A stretch of DNA of 57,467 nt from positions 15,964,064 through 16,021,530 of the forward strand of contig OZ199838.1 of NCBI GenBank assembly GCA_964304625.1, read 5' to 3'. The stretch is from Kudoa neothunni (Eukaryota > Animalia > Cnidaria). The position numbers and the translations under genes were made by a program. Of the stretch, positions 40,901 to 55,289 are shown one piece after another. The notes under the pieces were generated by a model. It did not search any database. It saw only the letters and a list, made by a program, of their open reading frames with translations, and was not told the DNA's origin. Position 1 is the stretch's first letter; every line of letters begins with the position of its first letter.

Positions 40901-43900
40901 CAATCGCAATAATTTCATATGTTAGAATTAGCCGCAACACAACAATAATTTTAACTTTTGATTCAGCTTCATCAATTAAAGTGTGATCGAGAACATAATC
41001 ACTTTTAACTAATAATAGATTAGATTATTTTTGGCGAAAGCATTCTATAATACCTTTTTGAATGACTACAGTAAAATCATCATCGCATGGCGGTATTTTT
41101 ATAACGATATTATGGTTTTTGGTGGGAGATATAGTGTGAGGTTTGAAATTGCATACATATTGTGTGCAGGTTACCTGCTCATGGTTTACGTCAAAAACTT
41201 TCTTATTATCAAAATCGGATTCAACGACTCTATAACTAATTCCTAATGTTTCAACAATTGACTTTTGAGTAATTTCTACTAAAATTTCGTTATTTAATTC
41301 ACGTCGCTTTGTAACTTCAAAGTCACACGCCTCTAAAATATATATTAATTATATTAAAGATTCACATATTGTTGTTTAAATTAGCAAATAGTTGATTGTA
41401 CCTTTCTTGATATTATATGGACCATAATCTTCGAGCAGAAGAGAGGACAACTCTATCGAAAGATTGGCATCAGTGTTCAGATCTTCAATCTCGAAGGTGC
41501 ATTCGTTGTTATTACACACAGCATTGATTTCATTGCAATGTGGTTCATGTATAATTTCTTTAATAAAAAAAATTGTGTATTTAATAGTAAGAGTAGAAAT
41601 TTCGATTTGGGAAGATATTTTCAGCTGAATATTTAGCTTTTTGTTGATCCAACTATATTTGAACTCGTAACTATACTTTCCTATAAATAAAAAATATATT
41701 TATATTATTAAATTATTTAAATTTGTTTATAATATTCTAAATGATATAAAAATACCTTCACTTGTTTTTAGAGTCATGGTTTCATCAGATCCTGGGAATG
41801 TGAATTTTTTTTCGCTTCCAATTGCACTATCTTGAAGCATACAGTAAAACTTTTGACCTGTAAATTCGATTGGAATCGTGGAAGCAGAAATATCCGATGC
41901 CCCATTGTTTAAGGTTATATGAGAATCGGGTAGAACCGTGTAGCCATCCAAGTATAGTTTTATATTATCGCCAAAAAATTTAGAATGATGATAATAAAAA
42001 ATTTTATTAAAATCTAAAGAAAAATTAAAACTGTAATCTATATAACTCGTTCACTCGTTCGGTAATATATTTCCAATTTGTTTAGTTCTTGTGAAGATAT
42101 TCTTATTAAGGCTGTATCCAACGATTTTTGCATGTTGGTTATTTCATAATCAAATGAACACATATAATTATGACATTCAATAACCTCGTCGACATTATTT
42201 TCGAATATCATTTCATCATTTAAAAAATTATACGCTTCAATTTTTCTTAAATGGATAGTTTCAAGTGAGTGAGAGAGTATGATGTAAAATTTGATATTCC
42301 TGCCAGTAACCTTTACCCTTCCGTAAGCGTTATAGAATCCTATATAGAATTTAATTAATAGTTACAAATACAAATGAAATATAAAAAATATATACGTGTA
42401 ATTTTTATTTTTGGAGATATTTCATTTCCGATAGAATATTTTATTATTGAGGTTTCTTGAACTAAACAACTTTTAGTTAAACTTACGCTTAAAAGGTTTT
42501 TATCTGTAGAATTCTCTATAATATAACATTCTTTATCAATATTATTTCTGTTAAGTAGCATATTTGATTTGAGAAATTCTTTATTTTTTTCAGTGGCAGA
42601 TAATTTTAACACAGCTCTGTATTGATCATTTGAGTCTCTTTCTTCAAACAGGATCATTTGATTCTCATTAACTAAAGAGAATCAATAATGATTTCAATAT
42701 CCAGATTCACAAAAATTGCTTAAAAGATATAAATATTTTATAGCGAATTATTGTTAATTGAAGTAAAGCACATATGCATGATAAGTACGCACTTTAACCC
42801 CGGGTGCAGTATGCGAATTTCTGCCTTATCCGAAATTGTATTTACAAGTGATTTGTTCCTTTAATAACGATACCGGAGATCGAATATACTTATATTTTAA
42901 TTCCTTGAATATATTGTAAGGGAAGTACCATCATAGCGGTTTCGTCATTGAAAGTACATGTCTCCTCTCCTAAAACCTTATTTGCTGCAATCATATACAA
43001 TGGGGTACATAAAACAACCATAAGAATATTTTAAAAAAATATAATTTTTTAACTTATTTCTAATGATTTGCGTCATTACCAGTTGAAATATTCCATAATA
43101 ATCCAATAAAATTCAACTATTACTCAAAAATATCATTTGTAGGGATCTCCAAAAATGAGTCAATCACAATGAGTTGTTAAATTCAAGTGTGATGTATGGA
43201 AGGTCAATATTACAGTAATAATACACTTAAATTAAGTATTTAACAAGTTTATTGTGTCTTTTTTCATTAAAATTTAAAATTAATTTATTAACTATATACT
43301 TTATATAATTAAGTAACTGCCGTCAAAGGTTCATCCTGTAAATTAATTTTTAAAGTGATAATTATGTCAGATTTATCCGGTTTAAAATCAGGAAAACCTA
43401 AATTAAAAAATTGGGAGGAACGTTTCGATTTCATTTTTGGTAAATTTGAAAAATTTAATAATTATATCTTTGTTATATGAGTGAAACCATTATAACTATC
43501 ACTAAAAAAATAAGTAATTTTTTTTATGAGCGTGGTACAAAAAAATTCGGAAACTCTGTCAATCACCCCTTGAGAATATAAATAAACTTTTCTTTATGAG
43601 AAAAAGGATTCTCTTTGAAATGGGGTACTTTTTTATAGCCAAGCTAAATTCGACGACGTTTTTACTCAACATCGATAAAGATTCAAAAAGAGCCAGCAAT
43701 TTCCAATGACGAATGATCCGCCTATAATAGTATAGATAACCTTGACTATGATCATGTTATGTTCAACCACCCTAATGGTATATCCTGAATAATTCCCACA
43801 CAAATACTATAGAATGATGATGGGGATCTGAGAACCACATTTGTTCACATACAAAGAAGCATCATTCTCATACCTTGAAGAATATTTGAACGAAGACTAT

Positions 43901-46900
43901 TGCCGATTAATTATGAGAAAAAATTATATTATCCCAATAAAATTTCAAAAATAATAAATTTTTACGTTACCGTGTTGTACATCCAAATACGGACACTGTG
44001 ACCATCAAATGCGGACTTAACGTTTAAAAAATAGTACTTCGTAATGAGCATACAGACGAAATGAGAATAGCTGCTGTATGCATGTTAGTTTTTGAGGGTC
44101 ATTCTCAATCTGAAGGGTTAAGAAGTCTTGGAGTACATAAGAGTACTCTTTCTGATATAATAAAATATTATGACAAAGAGGTATCACGATAAGATCCAAA
44201 TGATGGAGCAAGACGTCAAAATTACTGCTGAAATAAAAAACAAAATTTTGAAATTAATAGAGAATGACTGCACGATTACTCTCCAATCAATTATTGACAT
44301 AATTGGAGTGCAGGTAAGTGTAACAACTGTATGGAGGTGGCTCAAAGCAATGAAAATTTCATTTTAAATGGTGAGAGGTACACCTAAGAGTAGAAACTCT
44401 CTTGAAGTCAAGAAAGAAAGGGAACTGTATACCGAACAGTGTTCAAGGCGCTCAATAGACAGGAGGTATACAAAAATGATATTTATATACGATAGCTCCT
44501 ATTCATTACATATATTATGCTCACATGGCCGCTTCTTTATAGGAACCACCCCCAAAAATGTAGTTGAGAATAGCAGAGGTAAAAATGCTTCAATGATACT
44601 CCTTGTTAGTGTCATCAGTTTAGTGCTTTTTGAAGCAGTATAAGGAAGTGTGAACAGTGATATATTTCCTGAGTTCCTTCAAAAAGTACAACAAGTACTG
44701 GGTGATGGAGGTTATATAATCGCAATGGATAACGTAAGATTTCATCATTGGAGAAGAGATTTCTATGATGAATATCCATATAAAATTCGTTATCTAGCTC
44801 GGTATTCATCTTTCCAGAATCCATGCGAAGAGGTATCTTCCAAAATCCAAAATAATGTTCAATAACACGGACCTATCAAAGGAGCAAACGATTTATTCAA
44901 CCGAATGAAAACTCTCACTAAAAACGTAACTGAAGTGGATCTCTAGGCTTTTTTCTAACATTCTGAATCCATTATAGGCGATGTCACACCTTAAGTAATA
45001 TTAAACGAAATTATATCATTGTCATCACCACAAATTTCATCGATTTTTTTGGCGTAATATTTTAACATTCTGGATAAAAATGCCTTTTCAAATCGGGGTT
45101 ATTAAATTTGCAATGCAATATAGTAGAATTACTAGGAAGAGTCTGGATTTAGATGTAAAACCCGTTAACTAGATTATTATAAACTAGCGCGAATTGCCTA
45201 GCGTTTCTTGGGAAATATTTCGCCTAGAGACGTTTTTAGTAACATTCAAAAAATATATTGAAGTGTCGAATTAACTTATTGAAACAAAATAACTAACAAT
45301 TTTTAAGAAACATGTTCTAACGATTTGGATTATAAAATTTAAATTATGATCATTTCATTAAAGGAGTGTGTAATGAATGGTCGCGGGTTCGAATCTCACC
45401 CGCAAGCTATTGCTTAAAAGGAAATGGTGAGGTACCACTCGGATACAGATCACCTATAGATAAGTTTTCACTGTATGATTTTATAACAAACCAACCATTA
45501 CAGAGAGAGAGAGAGTGTTCCAATACCGGCATTCATTTAAAAATTTCGTGGTTCGGCACTAACGCCAAATAATGTAAGGTCAGCGTCGTATTTTTTTCAT
45601 TCCCGAATTATTTAAATACCATTAAAGTGATATCCAAAACGTTATTTTTGGCCTAACTCGAGAACTGTATGTACCATTGTTTGCGGTAGACAAATAAATA
45701 GAAAAAGGTATTGAGATAGACGAAAATTATTTTTTATTGCTCAAATTAATATCCTTTGGCTCGATATAAATATTAATGAGGGTTTTCTCATAAACAGCCA
45801 CAAATCGCGTTAACTTCAAAATAAACAATTTAAATAACTGGGTGAGACAAAAGTACAACCATATGCATTGAATAGATTCACGCAAAGTTATACTTAGCGG
45901 GCGATTTCAATGAAATCCACGGACGCACTAATTCCACTATAATGCTTCAATCAACGTAATTTTAATGTTCTGCACCCATTTGTTATTTATTAAACATATA
46001 TAAATATTTTATCATATTTAAAACCATTAATAGAACTTTCAAAATGTGTTTATCAAGTCAAATACGTTAAAACTCCCGACATATAGAATGTATTTGCACG
46101 AGCACCTAAATTTACACATTAAATTTATATATAACGTCAGATGACCGCAGTTAATCTATATTTGATTAAACATATAAAGGGGAAAATTAACTTCAGCCGA
46201 CCATCAGCTGGTCATTGGTCATTAGTAGGTGTTAATTCTATTCTTGTAAGCGGGTAATACGTTTAATAAACTTTGAATCGATAAAATCACCTTTTTCTAA
46301 ACATTTTTGAGAACATTGTGATTCTTAATAAGTATCATAAATGTCTCTCTATAAGAAAAAACTTTAGACACAAGGACACTTCAGCTTTATATATATATAT
46401 ATAGTAGAGTAGATAGATTCTAGTTGATGAAATGAATTAATTTTTCTAAGCGCTTTAAAAATATCACTTTCTGCATTACCTTCTACAATTTTCCATTAAC
46501 ACATACATTTATCATAAAAATCTTCACATGAATGAGGAAAAGTATTCATTATTTATAATTAATGATATTAACCCTTAAAGGATAACCAAGGGTTTGACTC
46601 ACCCACCTTTATTTTATATTGTTTATAAGTTTTGTTTCTAAACATGTTATATTTTATGCATATTCTCTAGAATTTCATCGACATTTCTAAAACAGTATTA
46701 CCAATCGACTGCCATTATAGAATAAGTTAAAATTTTGGCGAAATTACACAAAATATACCAAAGTTTACAACAAAGTAATAGAAAAATGGACACGCAAATC
46801 CAATGGTGAGTCGTTAAGAGTTAAATAAATTTCAATCATAACTTTCATCATTATAAATTTTGTTCTTTATATTTCCATAACAATTTTACACCGGTTTCCA

Positions 46901-49900
46901 GCATTATCTCTTTTAAAATGCTCACATAAATCATGTTAAATATAATTAAACTAAAAGTTGATTTATTAAAAATCATTTAATAAACAAATAATTGTTTGTA
47001 GACGTATACAGCTTGTATTCTTATAATGTATATGATTTAGCTAAGTTGATTTGGTTTGATTTGTGAATGAATGAATGAATGAATCGTCGAATTAGGGTAT
47101 AAAACACATATTTATGATAACATAACTTCAATAATTAATGGAATGATCGATTTACACTCTGAAAAATTAAGATTTTTGAGTCAACGATAGTTGTTATAAT
47201 AAACATCAAGAACTAATTTTTTTCGTAAAATCAAAGACCAACTATTTAACACGAAAACGTAAAATTCAAATGAAAAAAATATATTTTCCTTAAAGAAAAT
47301 TAGAGGTATGAGCCTTTTCAGAATTTTGAGGAATTCGTTTTCATGTCAATAAACAGTCCCGACATTATTTTATATGCTAGCATGACATTAGCGACTACAA
47401 AAATTATTTTTGGATAGTGCAAGGCGGAAAATTAATTATTCATAGGAATATGCATTTTTTAAGGTTAACAATATTTTTTCAATTTTAATAATTAATATCA
47501 TAAAATAGTATAATCAATTTTGATTATCATGAAAAAAAATTCTTACTTGTGAATTTCTTTCTTAATGGGGTCATTTCGTTCGAGTGTATTAGTAATGTGG
47601 CTGGATATTCACAAACATCGTCGAGTATTATCGTATCAACACATTTTCTGTTTTTACACAAAATGTGTTTATTTTGGCTTTTGTAACACTGGTTTTGCAA
47701 CTTGTCATATAATGATTCGTTTAAATTTATATGTTGAAGTGGTTGGCTGATACTATACACAATTCGGTGGTGGTTAATTTTGTTCTTTTTAAAGAAATCA
47801 ACATCAATTATCATTGGAACTATAATTGGAAATACGTAAGAAAATTACACTATAATTGTATTAGTTACCTTTATTGATTTTTATACGGCGATTAAGAAAA
47901 ACGAACGAAAATTGATATCCGGTTGTATTGACTTCGGTAATTTTTTTGGGAGTTGCATTACAAGAATTATTCTCACATGTTATTTCAAGGTCAAACACAG
48001 CATTATTAATTTTACGGACGCCATTCTCATAATAAATGGCATCCACGGGACAACTAATCCTGTGTTTACTAGTTAAGAACATACTTATAGTTCCATGAAA
48101 ATAAATTGTGTCGTTTATTATGATTGCGTTGAATAATTTTGGAACAATATTTCCGAGAACTAAAAAAATATCAGAAATTAATAAACATTGAAATCTATCG
48201 TACGTTTCATTTCAATCCGATAATGTCTGGTTGGAATCGTCAAAAGAATCTTATTACCTGTAGGAGATAAATGAGCCATTGATATTGAAGGACAAGCGTC
48301 CCTGCTTAATTCATCTTTTAATGTATAAGGAGTTTTGGTGTTAAGGATGTTTTTTGCATCTGATGAGGTCACAGGCGACGGAGTAATAGATTTAGGCATT
48401 GTGTACGTACATTGATCTGACGCACTCAGTTTGATTTTTTGTTGTTGATTGAAATATGCCAATTCATAATCATTATTGTTCGAAAATATATCTATGAATA
48501 GAATTAATTACTTTCAATCTTACATAGATCGGCCACGTCTATGCGTAATTAGGCATGATAATTTCAAAATAATTTCCACTACCTCGAACTGCTCAGTTTC
48601 GTCTGGAAAATACTACGCATCGATAAAATACATTTATTTATCAAATTAATAAATAAAACTAAAATTTATTTGAAAAGAATATTTTAACAATTATAATTAG
48701 CAAAATTAAAATCATGCTCGTTTTTGGAAAGAAGTTTACAAATATCAGTTTTCAAATAACAGTTTTGTGGTCCACAATCAAAATTAAATAAATTGGTGTC
48801 AGTTTCATATTTATATTGCTTTCTCGAATTAGTTTAAATTCTTTAGATCTGTTATCTAAAATGTTATTTATTGGTTCGGTTAAACAAATTTGTGGACCAG
48901 TGTTCAATGGACACAAAAAGTAACCAAAGGTATAGGGATAGTTATGAACTTACGAAAATTTATATTTATTCCTTAGATTAATATTTACATACTCGCAATA
49001 AACTTGGGTGCATATCTCCCCACAACCACCTAAGCAATCCCTAAATTTCAACCTAAATAATTTAAATAATTAGATAAAGTAAAACCGTCCGCATTAAATT
49101 TAGCTAATGAAATATCAATTAAGCAGGTGGTTTGAATCAAATCTACGGATACAATTCTTCTACCAAAGTCAAGTTTTTTATTGAGCGGGTTTCAGGACTA
49201 GCAAACAACAACTCAAATAATCTATAAATAAATTCTTTTACACTTTTTAATATTAAATATGTTTCCACAATGATTACAAATAACAATAACGCAAGCTAGA
49301 GTTTTCTACAAAAATAATAACGTAGAAATATTTGAATTAAGCTATATCCAATCTCCACTGTATACTGACTGCTATGCTCTAGAAATATCTCATTTTGTTT
49401 AAAATTCTGGTTGTTAATGACTTTAAAAATCTAAATTCCTCTCATCATTAATATCCAAAAATACCACAACAATTATTCACTCAAACAGTATATATAATAT
49501 AAAAAAATATTAACTCTCTTTGAGTTATTTCAAGTGATTAACCTCTCCCCCTCGTATTTTGATTTTTTCATAAAATTCTTCATAATTATCCGAGATATAT
49601 ATCATTTAGTGCATTCTCCGAGTTTATTTTTATCAATCAATTAAAAATTATTCCCTCTGACGAGCTCGGAAATAAAAAGGATCACCAGACGTTGGTCATT
49701 AGTTGTATTTTTCAACATGTTAGACATCTCGTTGATCAATGTTTTCAGCATTTACAAGGAAATATTTTATTCTACGAATCTACTGAGGAGAGATTTTTTT
49801 TAAATGGCCGAAGAAATGATAAGCAAGAATTTTTAGTATGTGGAGTGGATAATGTTTCATAAATTCAAAGAACAGGTGCAATTAGGTAAAACAACCGAAA

Positions 49901-52900
49901 TAGTGGAAGGTGTCGAGTGTGCAGAAGAAACGACGACATTAAAACTGTGAATATATGTGACGTTTGTTCCGTGTTTTGCGGTAAAAAACATTTTTGGTGG
50001 AACAGTGTTGTGTAGTGTAGCGCAACAATTCCTTTCATGTATTTTTGTAATTTCTCAAGGAGACTAGAATTTTTATTAATATTAAACATAATAACTATGA
50101 AAATTAAATGTTCACGCAAATAATAAAATTTAAAGAACTCCTTATATTTAATTATATCAATACAGTAGCAATAAATATCCAGCTTTGCGCATCGATGTTT
50201 TGTGAATTATTAACACTCTTAAATGTTGATTATATTTGAAATAAACAAATCAAATATAGAATTCTCAGATCCAAATTAAAGATGTGTTTACAAAGGAAAA
50301 AATAATAATTACCTTTTTCTTCCCTAAAAAGGAGTATATTCTAATTAAATTGGTGTATATATAGAATATTATTAAAAGTTTCGGTTTTCCATAAAATAAT
50401 GTTTAATAATCCAACCTCGAATACAAAGGAGATATCATACAATGTTTGTTTTACAAAGTGTAGCAATTAGGATGGAGAAAATCAAATATAAATATAAAGG
50501 CCGCTTGGTTGCTTCAGCATCGGAAAATTTCAATCCTATTATGAATCATAAAAGTTAAAATTTATAAAGGAAACATTTCTCGTCTTTATTATTATTATTA
50601 TTTTAATAATAAAATAATGTAATCCTATAGGTCTTATTATAATAGATAAAAAAAAAGTTATTTTAAAAAATTTAACCAAACAAGGAATAGTTATTTAAGC
50701 ATATGTAATAGCGGATACACACTTAGAGGAAGGGATCATATAAATACCGAGGTGACCAGGTGTGCTGCAGTTCCAGTTCCCAAACACGAACCGCCACTGA
50801 TTATGCGGTAATTGATTGTTTTCTCAATATTCCATCCGTGGAATTTCCCCATATTATCCACATTAATTAATTTATAAGAATTTTCTTCAACCATATCACC
50901 AAATAGTTCTGTGCTCCTTTTTACCCCAAAGTTAATTGGGAGAGGTGATTGTTTTCTTTTGTTTTAGAGGTTTAATTCCAATTTTCCTATGATATGAAAT
51001 ATTTTAAAATTAAAACAGAAATATTTCTTAATTGGTATTTATAAATTGTGTGGTTTTCTTAGCAAAAATTGCTTAAAATTGGTCATCTACTGTATTAGCA
51101 TTAGCTTTCACACTTGCTTACGCGTGACGATTTTAGCCGCCTGTGGTCCGACATTGCAAATAACAAATGTAATGGAATTTACTCAGATAATTTGAAGGCA
51201 TGGTCTGTTGGAATTTTCCATTAAACTCAGCCTTGTTATCTATGGTGACAGTCATCTCTCCGTCTATTATTTCGGTTTGTATTTTTATGTCGCCACAGTC
51301 TAAATCGAATTCATTTTGCAACGGTTCGCATCTAAAAGGATCCCATAATTCGGTTTTTTCACGGCCATTAATAGCAGTGCAGACGCAAGTGGTTTCATGA
51401 TCAAAATTTGATGTGATTTCAAATTCACGTTTATTTTTTTCAAAATAAATCGATCGGAATAGTTTTAATTGATGTTCTAAAAATCGATTATTAATATCAA
51501 CAATAAATCAAACCGTAGAATATAACAAATACTAGATTGGTATATTTTGCATGAAAATTTTGTTCCATTCTCTACCATGCAAAGTCGTATTATCTCATTT
51601 GGATGGACAACGTAAGTGACAGTGCAGACTTTTGTTGTTATGGTAGGATCATCGCCATTATTGCAATCTAGTTTTTGGTTCAGCTCAACTTTTTCTCGAA
51701 AGCTTCCATTATTAAACTTTAAATATTTAATATATTTGGATTGGCATTGATTTGAGATTTCGCAGGTGATTTTTATTTCAGTTTTGAACTTGTCGGTTTC
51801 TGCTGTTGTGACCGTTATACCATCCTAATTAATGTGATTGTTTATGATTTGGTGTGAGCGTCGAAAATAATTTAATCATCTTTTTTAATCAATAATAAAA
51901 ATAATATATATTCACGTACAATTGACTTTACATAGAGTGAAATTTAATAACTACATACGTAGCAATATTTTTGGTCAGAATTTAGTTTAATATTTAATGT
52001 TACAAAATTAGTATTTATTAAATAGAGTTATTAAAAACTTACAAACTCTTTTTCGGGGTAATAATGAATTATAAACTGAGCCTTTCCTTCCTGTGATATG
52101 ACCAATTGATATTCGGCACTCAACTCAGGTTTAAGGGCAATATATTGGACATTATCCACAGTGATTTCTTTTAGATTCGATGAATTCACTCCTGTAATCA
52201 TGCCATCTTCCTGTTTTAAGTACCATTTATAGTTTGTAGTGTTTTTATTCCGTTTCTTATATATGTTTGAAAAATAAACATAATCACCCGAAGATTTAAG
52301 TAAAAAATCTTTTTCAGTTGAGTCTAACAATAACTGCATTACTAAAACATATTCCAACGTAAATACCTAAAGTAATCATTCTGTTTTGGTTCTCATTTTC
52401 TAGTCTCAAAAGAATATAGTTTAATTTATTTTCCGTTATATCATCATGGTTAGATTCAGCAATAATTTCGTCACAATTTTTTTTCTCTCCACTTGGATTT
52501 TTATTTTCAGCAATGAGTTTGTCAATTTTATCTTGAGAATCATATCCGAGTTGATAATAACAGTTAAATCCAAATATGGGGGAATTTCGAAGATAAAGTT
52601 TTATTTTTGCATTCTCCCATTCATAATCATAATTGAAGGAAAATGGAACTATAAAAAGTATAAACTTATCGACTACAAAACTGCGTAACTACCTGACTTC
52701 ACACGGTATGATTCTTCATTTTGATCAATTGATATAGTGAAGTCGTATTCCGTGGAAACATCATTACGAATAGTTATATCATTGCAATAAGTGCGAACCC
52801 TACAAAAATCAATATCAACCATAAAATATGTATTTATAATTATTTACTCAGTTGATGGTGTAGTATTAACACGAATATCGCACATAACATCATATGTATC

Positions 52901-55237
52901 TAGGTATTTGTTGTGTATAATGATCTTTTTGTCATGATAAAAAATCCCAGTAACAACATCACGATTCACTATAATAATTATTAACTTAGTTATGAATTTA
53001 TATCAATATAGCATAAATTGGTCTATTAAAATACATAAATGTTTTTAATTCAGTGTTGTTGAGGAAAATTTAAACCGCCAAATCGATACCCTCATTGGAA
53101 AAGCTTCAAAGCTATTTCAACAATAAAATCCAAATATTCTATTCAATATTAGAGTTCAAAAATATTAGAATTTAAATTTATTGTAAGTTAATAAAAATAA
53201 TGTAAGCCAGTGCATTAATTATTGCAATAAAATTGTATAAACGTTTTATTTTACACATGTTCAAAACCTGGATATTGCGTTCACTCTTTTTTATGTGCAT
53301 TCACTTGAACTTCCCAGGTTGGTGAGCAATATCCAGAGACAACTGTATATTCGAAAATATAGAAAATGAATTCCAGAAAGTTTTACAGGGATTATTCTTG
53401 CGTACAATCTATATCATTATTATTATCTTTATTTATAATTACATAATGTAACTACTCCAAGGAAAAAATTATAAACACTAAAACTTAATCAGTTGTACTT
53501 TGTTTTAAAAGCTGTATTTTTGAATATTTTGAGATACAGAATAGTTTTGAACATGAGGTGAGAAGATGACACCAAAATTAGAGCTCATACACAAAAAAAT
53601 TAATCATTGTAAGCATACTGATTATATTACTCCATTATTAACATAAAAGATATAAAATCAATTTTTAATGCATTTTACTCTTATTTGATAATGGCTAATA
53701 TAAAATTTTTAGAAAATTTTAATTTGTTTAATCTTTAATAATAAGAAATAATAATTTTCAAGAAGTACATTACTTTCAGACTTCAAAAAAATTAGGAATG
53801 TAATAATTAAATACGTTTTTATTATTTAAAAGTACAATAAATATTTAAACAATTTTTTGATGCTAAGTACTTATTCACTGTCTAGTAAAGTAATCATTTA
53901 TGTCATTAAAACCTATTCTCAATAATAGCAACCATCAGAAGGAAATTTGGTTTCGATAAAAATAAGATAATACATGACTACAGAATGTCCTTCTACCAGA
54001 TCATCTTTCAAATCTACAAATTGCTTCATACATAGAAATTATTTGAGCCATTACATTTCGATATTTTCTGGTCAACTATTTATCATCCATATCATTAATT
54101 TTTGCAAAGAACAATGAAAATGTTCGAAATTTTATATCTAACAAAATTTTGGAAATAATTTTTAATTGAAAATATAATATTCATCACGTATTTATCTTTT
54201 ATTAATGTTATTTATTGAAATAATTAGTCAATTATTAATAAATAATTTATTCTTTTTCTAATTTCTTAATACTTTTGCAATAATTTAAAAATTATAGTCA
54301 TATGGATTCTATTTGTTATACCTATTAACTATAAAGTATCTTGAATATATTAACAAATACAGTCGAACCCGTTTATCCGAAAATCGCGCTATTCGAACAA
54401 ATTTTTAAATTTTATTTGAAAATGATGTAGATTTTCAATATAAAAAAATTGGTTTAACAGAAACAACTTTTTTCTTGAGTGTTTGGACAAAAGTGCCTTG
54501 AAATCTTGACTACTTTGATTACTTTGATTACCTTGATTACCTTGATTATTTTGATTACCTTGATTACTTTGATTACTGCCTGGTTAAAATGACATCTTTA
54601 TTTATTTTTATGTTACATATGTTCGTTATTTATTCAATTCGAGTTTATGTTTGATTAATAGAAACTATGTAGCATAGATAATACAGTATTTTACGTTAAA
54701 AATGCAACCATGTTGATAATGAACAGATAAAAGTTGTGTAAATACAAATTCCTTCGTATCTTCTCATGAGAAATAAAATATAAAAATGAAATTTATTAGA
54801 TTGTTCAATCACAAACTAGCAGTGAATTCATAAAATAAGATGAATTCATCAATGTTCGCACATCGGTTTTCCCCACAACACCTCCACTTTTATGTCCTTT
54901 TAAGTCTTAACCATCATTAACCAACATTAAATTGTTGGATAAATGCGTATCTTAATTAAAGAAGAAATTCTAAATATGGTTATTGAGAATTCTGAGAAAA
55001 TATTCCTCATTGTTATTGTAATTATTCTTACCGATATTATTAGTACAACTCATAATATCAAAATCAAAATAGGGCGAAATTATAAAACAATTATTAATAA
55101 TGATAGTAGTTCATTTTTTAGGATTTAGAATGTATCTCTAGTAGGGTACGGTGGTGATAAAGTCGTACATATCTGCATCTGTAGCACGCATGCGCCAACA
55201 AATATTGAAATAGGAATAATATTTTACAATTGTAATT

Positions 55238-55289
<52 letters not shown>

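Noticed and set aside
44170-44947. Stop-codon reassignment suggested by in-frame TAA/TAG in the transposase
   Set aside because: The host exons I translated are open in the standard code (apart from the single frameshift in A), gene B ends in TAG, and the transposase catalytic motifs are also mutated. This is ordinary decay.
45183-46420. Possible Helitron-like element (ACTAGCGC... start, TATATAGTAGAGTAGAT end; similar start at about 27565)
   Set aside because: The terminal motifs are only suggestive and there is no coding evidence.
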